This document shows, in pieces, positions 11,330 through 23,046 of a stretch of 64,000 nucleotides of DNA. The first letter of the stretch is position 1. Each line of letters begins with the position of its first letter. The notes under the pieces are model-generated. The model saw only the letters and a list, made by a program, of their open reading frames with translations. It ran no database searches and was not told the DNA's origin. The DNA lies in assembly GCA_013239625.1 (NCBI GenBank), contig MU054049.1:1005015-1069014 (forward strand), given 5' to 3'. Source of the stretch: Lama guanicoe (lineage: Eukaryota). A program made the translations under genes and the position numbers.

Positions 11330-12618
11330 GTGAGAGCTGCCCACTTGTTTCCTTGCCCACCAGTGGTCGATGCAGGAGAGAAAGCCTTAGAGGGACACTT
11401 GGTTAAAGTTGATCAGTTATGAATGATACAATCCTTTTGTTGATCTGGTTGTCCAAATTATATGCAGTGTTTGATAAAATGGTTAAGTTACATCCTCAAA
11501 CCTGGCCACGTCACTGAGTAGCTAGAATGATCATGAAATAATAATTTACCCTATTTTCATAATTCTCAGGTTGTAAGATAACTTCATCGATTCAATTTAA
11601 GGGGCAGAAAATGCCAGCGTTAAATATACACATTGATTTTATGACGCGGCCAGATTTCAGAAATACAAATATTTAATAAATGCCCTCTTAGAATGGGGGA
11701 AATATATAATAAATTATATCACGCAAGCCAGGGATAATTTTGCTTGTAGAAAGAAAAAAACACACATGCACACAATTTGTGACATTAAATGACATCCGTG
11801 AGTACCCTTGTGTAAGAAATACTAGTAAGAAATTAAATTAAGCTTGTTGAAATCCTTTTTTTGAAGTCCAAATTTCGAAGACGTGTGAGATCTTTTTGTG
11901 AATTTTTTTCTTTCCCTCTGTGTGGCAGTATATACATATCACCGGGTGCCATGGCATCACACTGCCTGAGAGCATTAGCTCTTATTAACAGCACCGTGTT
12001 GAGCGTAGAGGAAGGACTGTGGGATATTACACTTGTTCTCGGTTTTATTTACCCCAGCACAAACTGTGTCTGATGACTTGACAAAAAAAAATTCCCCGAA
12101 TCCTGTTGAGCAAAACTCAAGAGCTGGCAGGTCTTAAACGCTCTGAGAAGCACAGGAGAATGCTTCTAGCCCAGAGGAGGTCCTTGCCTTTTTATGTATT
12201 CGAAATAAAAGAATCCATTTTCAGTGTACGGACTGAATTGGGGAAGTTCTTCTTTCTTTTCTGCATTTCAAGAATTAGACCCTCTCCATACTGGAAGCAC
12301 AGATAAGAGGAACAGAAAGCCAACTGATTTGTGTGATGAAATTCTGCCCTCCGCAAATCCCTGTATATAGCAAAATGGCCTCCAAAATCTAAAGGGATTT
12401 TATTCTAGGAATTTCAAAAATGGACATTCTCATATGCTGATGTTTTTTCATTTCCTTGTTTATCACTTTTGGTTCAGTCCACAGACATGTACTGCGTATC
12501 TAGTCTGCTTTGTTGAGTGAGGGACCCAGAGAAGAGGGCAGGTGGACATGAACATGACCAGGAGCTCAGAAACATATGGTCTGTGGGGAACCTACTATGT
12601 AAACCACTGTGCCCCACT

Positions 12619-12787
12619 CAGGACCAGCTGTATGATGTGCAAGGTTGCAGCAGAATACAAATGTGGGGCCTTTGTTCAAAAAATCCCGAGAATTTCAGGA
12701 TGGTGACTGCAGAGCCCAAGCATGGGGTCCTTCTGAGTGCTGACTGTGTACAACTGCACAAGTCGCAGGCCCATGAAGTTGGCCCTG
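12619..12787 (-). mobile_element. MER45A-like hAT-Tip100 non-autonomous DNA transposon
   Basis: Termini caggaccagct...agttggccctg (imperfect TIRs); 8-bp TSD gccccact/gccccatt. Confidence 0.85.
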
Positions 12788-13135
12788 GCCCCATTTCACA
12801 TGGGTGAGATTAGTGCCAAACGAAGGCAGAGTTCATTGTTTTGGGAGTCTGCAAAAAGAAATGACCAATTTTCATGATGGAGAAACCAGGAGAGTGTTGA
12901 GGGGGCCTGTTCGGAACATGGGTTGGATAGGAATAAAAATAAGATATTTTTCTTATTTTCCAGAATCCTTCTGTATAATATCGGTCATGGAAGTTGTCCT
13001 TAGACAACTAATCATTAGACAAGTTTCTTTCATATTGATGGGTACTGAGTGGGCAGGATGATCACTTGTAATACAGAATGATGAAATGATCCCAAAGGAA
13101 CTGGAGTTTACAGTGAACAATCTCTTGTCTGCTAG

Positions 13136-13257
13136 TTATCCAGAAGGATTTGGATTGGAACCCAAGCCCAGAATGACTCCTTATCACCAAGTCTTTCTTT
13201 CTCCAAATGAAGAAGTGAGAGAAAGAACAGGGGAAGACTTCCCAAGTTTGAGCGATG
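13136..13257 (+). CDS. WDFY4: WDFY4 coding exon (122 nt, phase 2/1): SYPEGFGLEPKPRMTPYHQVFLSPNEEVRERTGEDFPSLSD
   Basis: Acceptor tgtctgctag|T, donor ATG|gtatat. Confidence 0.93.
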
Positions 13258-14736
13258 GTATATTTTACTTGTTGGTTTTTTGGGGGGGAGTAGATGGATA
13301 GTGGCAACTGCTAGGGTTGCATTCTTCCGTTTATCCTTCCTAAGATAAGGAAGCCTATACTACCAAGGAGATTCTTAAAGGCCAGAAGAGGCCCTAGGAA
13401 ATCCCAGGATAGTGTAGTAAAACTGCAAGTTAACCTGATAGAGATAGAAAATCGGGGTGATCTTTGTGTATTAGAACGAATGGGTGGGTAGATGAAGGGA
13501 AAGCTCTGTGGGACTTGGTTAGACTAAGAACTTGACGTAGTAACTGAAATCCCAGAGGACCTCACTGTCAGTTGATTTAACTTCTCAAGTGATCTCTTGC
13601 ATTTTGCTTTGGACCACTAGCTATGCAGACTGGCACGCCATCTCCCTCAGCCCAAGGCTATCACGTAGCTCCCTCTCAGCCTTCCTCTCTAGACAATGGG
13701 GATGGAGTAAAGAAACCCATTACCTTATGAGATTTTTGGCTTAATGGAGATTATTCTTGGATTTGAAAATATCAAATCAAGTTAAAGGGATTGGCAATTT
13801 GTGAGTCAGATCCATGTGTCTGAAAGGTTGCTCCCTCTGGATCCAGGAAGCCTCTGCAGACCTTTTCCCACAACTTTGGTTTGCTGACTGTGCCACTTAT
13901 CTTGTGATACCAGATGGTAACAAAGGCCCTTGTTTTCTGGTTCAATAGGTGCCCAAAGCCAGTGGTCAAGAACCTTGTGAGTTTAAAGGTTACTCTGACA
14001 CAGTGTTAATTACAACATGAACGTTTGCATTTTGGGATTTAGCTAGTAGAGTGGACTAAGCCATGTCCATCCCCCTAGGATGAGAAAAACAGACTGGTAC
14101 CAAAGAGGGGACCCAGTGGTCCAAGATCAGAAGGAGTTTCGGCACAGTTCAGGGATTATATTTGTGGGGGAATAGCAGGTAGACCTGGCTTGGTAGATTT
14201 GTCCATATCTCTGCTAATCCAGGACACTAAGATGGGTAGCTAGTTGGAAGCATGATTCAGGGCCAGGAGAGAGGACAGAGTCTTGGGTTCAGTGTCTGTT
14301 ACCCTGGGCACAGTCTTGAGTTCCGTGTCCATTGCCCTGAAGGGCCAGCATAGAAGTCAAGGTTGGAAGGAGCTGTTTGGTGGGAGCTATTTGGTTACCT
14401 AGAGCTTAGGCAGGGTATCTCTTTGATATCTAACAGAGTTAGGGGTGAGAGAAAGAGACTCACTGAGCCCATCCATCATGTTCCCCAGCTCTGGACATAT
14501 GAGGCAGGCAGGACTCAGTTGTGGAGGGTGGGGAGAGGCCTGCTCACAAGGATGTTGGTAGCATTGTTATCAGCCATGTGGCTCTGCATACTGACTGCTC
14601 TCTGGATGGAGTTTGCAAAGCCTGGGTGATGTTCAAGAAGGGTGCACGTAAAAGCAACCACGAGACGCCATCTCCTGGCTTTCTCTGGGAGAAGCACTGA
14701 GACTGTCCTGATTGTGCAATGTACTGTCTCCATTAG

Positions 14737-14922
14737 TCCAGCACAACATCCAGAAGACAGTGCGGACCCTCTGGCAGCAGCTCGTGGCCCAGAGGCGGCA
14801 GGAGCTGGAGGACACCTTCAAGATTGATCTCTCTGTGAAACCTGGGGACAGCGAAGTGAAGATTGAAGAGGTCACGCCACTCTGGGAGGAGACGATGCTC
14901 AAGGCCTGGCAGCACTATCTAG
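14737..14922 (+). CDS. WDFY4: WDFY4 coding exon (186 nt, phase 1/1): VQHNIQKTVRTLWQQLVAQRRQELEDTFKIDLSVKPG...WEETMLKAWQHYL
   Basis: Acceptor ctccattag|TC, weak donor TAG|gtctct. Confidence 0.93.
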
Positions 14923-15563
14923 GTCTCTATCCACATGGCTCCAGGGAACAGAAGTTCTGGGTCTCACAGAGCCAGGCTTCCCCCAGGTTCCAGTCGGGGC
15001 CCAGAGCCTTTTACACTAGACCTTCTCTCTCATCTCTTTGGTGGGTGGGATTTACATCACTGAAACCTCCAGAATCTTTGCTCACAAAGAATGAATGCTG
15101 CTTTGCATCTTGGGTGGAAGGGAGGCTAGAGGTGCCAACCAAGCAAACAGAGTCTAGTAGTCTCCCGGAGGGGAGAGCCACCATGTCAGAGCTCTCACCT
15201 GGGCTCTGGAACTTAGGGTCCTAGGTCGTGCCCTGATACTCACCTGCCAGGTTTGACACCTTGTGTCAAGTCATGTAGGTCAGCATGTCGTATTAGCTAA
15301 TGCAGCAGCAGAAATGACGTGTTAATTTTGTTTTTAAAGAGGTCATTGCTTTCAAAGCATGACTTACATACTTGTGTTAAGTCTTTCACCATCACAAAAT
15401 TCATAGCGATTCAAGCTAGTAGCCTGGGCTGTTTCCCTTACTGGAGGCAGGCACTCTGGGCTTGTGTCCCTGGCTGGTGCTTCGAAAGCCAAGCCAGCTG
15501 TAGAAATAGCGTGTGTTTCCCTCTTAACTTCACCTCTGACAGTCTTTGCTTCCTGGTTCCCAG

Positions 15564-15700
15564 CATCTGAAAAGAAGTCCCTGAGCAGTCGCTCGACTGT
15601 CGGACACTACAGAAAGGTCTCTTCGTGGAGCGGAAGCTTGTCCTCAGCCATGAGGCTGATGCCTGGAAGGCAGACCAAGGACCCTGAGTGCAAAGCAGAG
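15564..15700 (+). CDS. WDFY4: WDFY4 coding exon (137 nt, phase 1/0): ASEKKSLSSRSTVGHYRKVSSWSGSLSSAMRLMPGRQTKDPECKAE
   Basis: Acceptor ttcccag|CA, donor GAG|gtgagc. Confidence 0.94.
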
Positions 15701-16087
15701 GTGAGCCCAGATCTCTTTTCCTTAGAGACCATCAGACGTTTGCTTCAAAGCCCAAGTGTCATGTCTTCTCTCTTCATTGCCATTGGATCAGATCTAATTC
15801 CACATTCTTCCGAGTGTTTAAGGGAATGCATGTGGCTTCCCAGTTGAGGCTCCATCTTGGGAAGCCAGGTCTTAGGTCAGCTTTAGCTTAAGATCCATGT
15901 GGACTTTTCTTGAGTGCCAAGAGTGGGTGTTTCTGATAGTGTTAAAACCCATCCTCTTCTGAGTCAGGTGTGCTCAGAGAGCACTAACCCACAGCTCAGC
16001 AGGAGCAAAGAAGGGCGGAAGCATTGGTGCCGCTGTCAGGAGATAGAGAGGTGCATCCTCTTGACGCTGTGGGACTGAGCCATTTGC

Positions 16088-16645
16088 GTTTCTAACTCAT
16101 TTCTCTAAAGCTGCATAACAAACCATCCTATAACTCAGTGGCACCAACAGTGACTTTTTGTGATGGTGGATGCTGTGTTGAGGACTCTGGAGCCCAGCTG
16201 GGGCAGAGGGGTGTTTCTGCTCCAGGATGTCTGGGGCCTCAGCAGGGATCATTTGGCTAATTTGCTCTCACATGTTGCTGGTTTTAGTCTGAGACCTTAG
16301 CTGAGACTGTTGGCGGGAACACCTAATATACGGCTTCTCCATGTGTCCTGAGCTTCCTTACCACCTGGTGGCTGGACTTGAGGGGCTAAATTTCCATAGG
16401 GATAGGGGTGGAGGGGAGAGAGAGCAATCCAAGTGGAGGCCAGCTTGCCTTCTGTGACCCAGCATCAGAAGCCAAACAGTGTCACTTCGGCTGCAGCCCT
16501 TTGGCAAGACAGGTACAAAGCTCTGCCCAGGTTCAGAGGGAGGCCAATGGACTCTACCTCCTGGTGGGGAAGTGGCAAGTTTCTGCAAGAGCATGTAGGA
16601 CTGGAAATATGCTGAGGTTCTTTTTGGAAAACGCATTCTGTCGTA
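16088..16645 (-). mobile_element. Old MLT1 (F/H-like) MaLR LTR
   Basis: gctgcataacaaaccatcctataactcagtggc...gatgtctggggcctcagc...gtcacttcggctgca. Subfamily and ends approximate. Confidence 0.7.
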
Positions 16646-18119
16646 TATTCTAACGCTGGGGTCACTGACTTATCTTCAGAGGCAGGCTGTGGTCATTCAA
16701 CAGACGTGGCTTTAGGATCTAGACACCTTGGGCCATGCACTTAACTGCCCTGAGTCTTTAATCTCATTACCTCCAAAATAAATTACTGTGGGAAACGGTG
16801 GGACGAGACTCCCCAGGGAGTGGGGTAGACAGTTGACAGACACATTACACAATTTGAACTCTCTGCCCGTGTAGCTTAGGAAAGTGAGGTTGATTCCAAA
16901 TCCTACCTGCTCAGAATCTGAGCTCTGCTGTCACAGTGGGTCTGTTGTCCACTGTGGTCAGTGACTGATGGGGAGGGACACTGTCATCAGATGCTGGGCG
17001 AGGAGAGGAGGGCAAGTGCCCAGGCAGCCAGGGGAAGGGCCGCCTTCTTTCCAAGTCCAGGAGCAGAAGGCTTCAGGCCATATGGAAAAAGAGCCTGGGC
17101 ATAGAAGAGGAGACAGGAAATAAGCTTGACCGGGCTGGCCAGCCCCCTGTGTTCAGAGCTGAGTGCAGGCTGTGTCCTCAGTGCATGGGCCTGTGGAAGA
17201 CACTGCTCATTAAATCTGTCTACAGACTCACTGGCTGGCCTAGTGAGTGAACAACCCAGATTTCTTGCCTGCTACATCACACAGCTATTACTCGTCCTGT
17301 TTTATAGCTGTGAAATGGAGTCTAAAAAAAGTCAAGGGCATTGCAGCCAGGAAGTGGCAGAGTGAGGGCAGGGTCTTCAGTCCCAGCCTCTGCACTGCTG
17401 GGCACACCCTTGGGCAACTCCATAGCCTCTCGGAGCCTCAACTCCTGAACTTACAGCCGGGAACATGCTCTGTTTATACTAGACTTTGTGGACGCACTTG
17501 GAAGCTGCAAATGGTGTAGAAATGGCAGACAGTTTATAAAAGTCCAGTTTACCTTAAAGCTCTCTCTGCCAAGGGGAAGACTTCTCTCATGTGGTCCAGC
17601 TGCACCGGCCCCAGAAGCTGGCGCATCCTCACTTTGTACCTGAGCACTTGCTCCTGACCAATGCCACTTGCAGCAGGAGGGATCCAGCCCCTCTTCCCTG
17701 GGCTTCCCTGCAGCTCCCACTCTTTGATCAAGTTAGTATTGTCCCCAGGAGGTCAGGTCAGTGTGACTGGGCAGCGGGGGAAGGGATGGCTGGGATGCTG
17801 GACGTGGACATGCATTTTATGGGAACCCTTGTGGCTATCGATGCTGTCTCTTGCCAGTGTCCCACCCCCTCCCAAGTCACTGTCTTTGGTACCGCTCACT
17901 GCCTCTGAGTCCCAGGGAGATCTGTTGAGAAACAGCCCATCTGAAGGAAGCTTGAGTAGACAGCGTGTTCGGGGCCATGCAGGTTTACATATGGCTGGTA
18001 ACAGTTTGCTCTTGGCTCACGTTGAGAGATCTGGAAGGTAGAATATTTGAAGTCGGCTCTGTCTTTGCTGAAGGCAAGTTACTGAGGATACTGTCTTCTG
18101 CATCAGATAAGATCTCATC

Positions 18120-18590
18120 CACCCATCCATCCATTCATTCAACAAATTAAACGCTTAAAATTAAGTGCTAAAAATTAAGTGCTTATTCTGTTCCTTGCTC
18201 GAAGTACTGTGGTTACAGAGGGGAGATAAACTGACATGTTCTGCTTCCACCAAGACGACATTCTAGGGGGTGAAGATCGATTACAGAAAAGATAAATAAC
18301 TTTGTAAATGTTGGGGGAGCTAGTGGCAATGAGGAGAAGTGGAGCAGGGTAAGTGGGGGAGGGTGATGGGAGGGGGCGGGGCCGCTTAGATGGAGGGGAT
18401 CAGAAGCCCTCTCTGGTGGGAGGTGTGGGAGCAGAGACCTAAGGAAGGACAGGAGCCTTGGGACTTTTCAGGAAAGAGTGATCGGTGGGCGGAGGGGTGA
18501 GGGGACCACCAGGCAAAGGTGCCTAGGCAGGTGTGTGCCGGGGGGTTCCAGGGCAGAAAGGCCAGTGAGGCCGGACTGCAGTGGGGAGAG
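18120..18590 (-). mobile_element. L2 LINE 3' fragment
   Basis: catccatccattcattcaacaaa tail motif followed by degenerate L2-like sequence. Confidence 0.6.
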
Positions 18591-20054
18591 GGCAGCCGCG
18601 GGACATCTCCCTCAGCTGTTAGCACCAGGAAGACCCGAGCTTCTCCACAGCAAATCATGAACAGCAGTTATGCTGTTCCTCTTTCATCCATGCACTCAGA
18701 AGCCAGAGAGATAAGCGTGGCCCAATTCGTGTAACTGCCCATACCCCGTGGGATAAATTTCTGCAAAACACGTGTACACGCACACACTCATACACATATT
18801 TGCACACACTCCTCTCCCTGGCTCCTTCCTTCCTGGTTGAGCCCCATTTTACCCAATGTATGAATGCTTTCTACAGCCTATGCTGTCTTGTGGAATTTTA
18901 AAAGACAAATTATTTTTGAAACCAAGTGGCCTATATTTTAATTAAAAAAAATCAACTGCGTCTTCACTGAGCATCATCCCCCACCAGTAACTCTGTCTAG
19001 GCTGGGCACAGTGCCTGGTACGTAGAAGGGTCTTAAAGAAAGTGTAGGGAGCCGCAGGGAGCGCCCCCTCCTTTCTGTGGGCTGAAATTCACCAACCTCG
19101 AGAGCCCACATCCATCACTCATCCTCGCGAGATGCCTTTGCCGTCAACAGAAGGCACAGCTCTCAGGTACATATGTACTCTGTGATGTCATAGGATAAGA
19201 GCATCCACTATTTGCCCTGGGGTCTGTTTAATTATTTTTAAAAATTAATTTTGATTATTACAGCTGATTACACCTCAGTGAGCAATGTAATTGATATTTT
19301 CTAATGTATCCCAAGGAGCATTTTGTACAACACGCTTTTTGTTGTTGAAGGTTAAACACTCCGTTATTGGTTTTCCCCTAAATATGCCCACATCATTAGT
19401 CCCTCCAGTGAGAAGGTCGCCATCTGGAAAAAGCAGCATGGAGACATTACTCAGGCACAAGTGCATGAAATTGGTGTTTCTGCATCTTCTGTCTCTCTTC
19501 TGGAAGGAAGAGGCTTGTAATTAAAGGAGTTGGTTTTGGAGGAAACATTATTCATTTGGTGTTATTCCTTATCATGTCAGCGACTGACAGCTCTATAGCA
19601 CTGATAAATTGTTCCTTGGAGTGAGACATACCATGTACAATTCCTAATTCCTTTTACCTGTCTTCATTGTCACTAGAAAATGTTTTCTTCTTGGCATGTG
19701 AGCTGAACTTTGAGGCAAGGCCGATATGACAGATGTTATGTCTTCTCCCCACAACCCCTCAGCCCCTATAGCAGTCCCTTCTGGGATCAAATTGTGAAGT
19801 CGTGGTCTCTGCTGGAGAGAAGGCCGTGGGTGTTGGCCTGTCAGACAGAGGTTGGGACCTTGGGCTCCCTTGAGGTCATCAGAGGCCAACTTAGGGTGTC
19901 CAGGAAGCCACCTCATGGTGTCCTCCTCAGGGTGGAGGGATCCAGAGGGCACCCTGTGTCCGGCCAGCCCTCTTCACAGCAGGGGGCACACCTTTGCTCA
20001 CCTGCTCAGTTTCGGACTTTCTTGTTTAAAAACAAATTGAAAAGGCATCAACAA

Positions 20055-20200
20055 CCAATGTCAGTTTCCTAGTTTTGGCAGACATACCACGACAACGTAT
20101 GATGTTAACATCGTGGGTAACCAGGTGAGGGATTGACTGGAGTTCTGTATACTGTCTTTATGACTTCTCTGTGGATCCAGAATTATTCAAAAACATAAAG
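20055..20200 (+). mobile_element. L1MC/L1ME-type 3' end fragment
   Basis: aatgtcagtttcctagttttg...gatgttaacat...ctgtatactgtcttt...aattattcaaaacataaagt. Confidence 0.65.
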
Positions 20201-22322
20201 TATGTCACCCTCTGTTTTGTTTTTTTTTAAAGCATCAGCAAACAGAAAATGGGCACATGGGACACGGGAGCTAGGGAGCTGGTGGGAAGGGGCCCTGAGA
20301 TGAGCAGGTGTAAGGCCTGTGAGCAGAGGGGTGGTCGAGGCTGCTGCAGGTGGCAGGGTGGGCGTGGGGGCAGGTCAGGGGGCACTGTGGCCCGCAGGTG
20401 GGGGTTAAGCAGTAGGATGGCATGTTTGTGTTTGTACAGTTTAGACTGGAGTTTAGGGCCCTTGGGGGAGGGGCCAAGCTGGGAGCTGTAGCATCATTCA
20501 GGTGGGAGATGATGGAGAATGCGTGGCAGTGGTCAAAGCACTGGAAATCAAAGAACACACAAGAGAAATTGTCTAACCAAGTCTGGGGGCAGGGTGGGGG
20601 AAGAGGGCCACCAAAGATGGAGGCCCTGGCTCCAGGCCTTTTAAATCAGGCCGTGAGAACAGAGTGCACCCGTGTGTAGGAGATGTGGGAAGTGTGGCAA
20701 GTGTGTGATTCAGCTGGATCTGTTGGGCTGTGCAGAGAGTGGGGAGGAACAAGCCAGAAGACCAGAGGGCAGGCGTTGAGAGTGCAGGGCCACTTCTGCC
20801 CTCTAAAGCCTCTGGGTGGGTGCAGCCACCTGACCCTGGTCTTGTTGGGCAAGGCATGAGCTGGATTTCATCCCGCTTTCCTCCTGGGATTGACTGGAAG
20901 ATTAGAGGATTTATAGGGGAGCAAGGACTGGTGGAGCAGGGCTGGGCTCTGTGTCTGCCATGTGTCCATGGCTTTTGGAGACAGCTGAGCAGGCATCTGG
21001 TTGCTGTTTGCAAAGCCATGTATTAGAAAGCTGAAATGGCCCATGTAGGGAAGCCAGGGCCGTAGGAGAATTAAAAGAAGGATGAGAAGACACCAAAAGT
21101 CAGAGGGTGGCACACTGTAGTGGCTAAAACACCAAAGACAAGTTTTTTGCAAGAATTTTATGTCTGTATAGGAAAGGACACGAAAACACTAAACATTTAC
21201 TCAAAGACCCCGTGAGGTCCTCCAAAGGCTGCCCAGTGGGTGAGTCCTCCGTCCACCCAGAGGCACCAGGGCCTCCTGCAAGACCAGCAGTGCCCATGGC
21301 TTGGCGATCTCAGAGACTGGACCCTTGTGTGGGCAGGATGACAGTGGAGCTGCCACTGGCTCCTTCCGTGAATGCGTGGCCAGGCCCACTGCCTCACCCC
21401 CAGCAATGGAGCAGTCCTGTGCCTGGTGGAGGATGAGATGCTGGCTGAGCCCAGCAGCGGGGAGACAGCTGTACTAAAAGCAGCCCTGGCTCGGGTCCCT
21501 GGCAAGGAAAATGACATTTTTGACCATCCACTCTGAGAACTTTGCCCATTATCCCTTTGGCGAATCATCATGGGGATCTTGAAACAGAACTAGAAGTAGA
21601 AGAAATACAAAATGAACCCCCTCGTCATCTGTCCATCACTTCACGTCCACAGTTCTCAATTCCTGGCCAATTTGGTCTCACCTCTACCCCCACCCACTTC
21701 CTCCCTCTGCACAGAATGACTTTGAAGCAGCATCCCAGACATCACACCATTCATGTGTATCTGTTCCTGTATACTTCCTTTCTCTTTAAAGAAATCGTGA
21801 AACCTAAACAAAAACTGTAGAAACGGAAGCGAACGTGCAGATTCGGAGGGCTTGAGCGCCCACTGTGGGAGACGAAGTCTTGCTTTCCGATGTGTTTGCA
21901 TTTATTTGTCTCCTGCTGCTCGGAGATTTTGGTCTTGCCGTGGCTGAGAGCATGATGGGCTTCCGAGAATCCCATTCCTGGGTTTCAGGAAGGAGGGTGA
22001 GGTCTGACGGGACACAGTGCTTTGCTGTTTAGTGCTCTGGTGCCGCCGGGTCCAGGGGTGAACAGCCTTGAGGTGGAAGCCTCAGATTTCATGCACCTGG
22101 GAAAAATGTCTCCTGAGCTAGGAGAGCCCCAGGGCTTAGAAGAGGCTTTTTGAAAATAGAAAGGAAAGGGCTTTGAAATGAAGGGGAAGTAAGTGGTGGA
22201 GTCGAGGGGGAACTGTCGAAGAAGTGAAAAAGCAACCGTGAAAACGGAAGTTAGAATTCCCAGAGATGTTCTACTATACAAGAGTTATAGTAAAAAATCT
22301 TTAAGCAAGTGAGGGAAATTCT

Positions 22323-23046
22323 TTTCTTTAAAAAAAGTTTTTTTAAATTAAAGTAGAGTTGGTTTACAATGTGTTAGTTTCCGGTGTACAGTATAGTGAT
22401 TCAGTTATACATATATATATATATGTTCCTTTTTGTATTTTTTTCATGATAGGCTATTACAAGGTATTGAATATAGTTCCCTGTGCTACCCAGTAGGACC
22501 TTGTTGTTTATCTATTTTATATACAGTAGTTAGTATCTACAAATCTCAAACTCTGAATTTATCCCTCCACCCCTCCCTCATCTTACCCCCCATAACCACA
22601 AGTTTGTTTTGTTTGTTTTCTGTGTCTGTGAGTCTCTTTCTGTTTTGTAAATAAGTTCACTTGTCTCATCTTATTTAGATTCCACATATTAGTGATATCA
22701 TATGGTACTTTTTTTTTCTCTTTCTGGCTTACTTCATTTAGTATGACAATCTCAAGATCCAGCCATTGTTTTAGTCTTTTTATGGCTGAATAGTATTCCA
22801 CTGTATAAATATACCACAGCTTTTTTATTCAGTCATCTGTTGATGGACATTTAGGTTGTTTCCATGTCTTGGCTATTGTATTAGAGCTGCTATGAACATT
22901 GGGGTGCGTGTATCTTTCTGAATTAGAGTTCTTTCCAGGAGTGGGATTGCTGGATCATGTGGTAAGTCTATTTTTAGTTTTTAAGGCATCTCCATACTGT
23001 TTTCCATAATGGCTGCACCAAACTACATTCCCACCGACAGTGTAGG
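22323..23046 (-). mobile_element. Younger L1, 3' ~720 bp (end of ORF2 + 3'UTR)
   Basis: Well-preserved L1 sequence. Minus-strand ORF 22583-22801 (MEYYSAIK...DLEIVILNEVSQKEK) matches the L1 ORF2 C-terminus. Confidence 0.92.
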
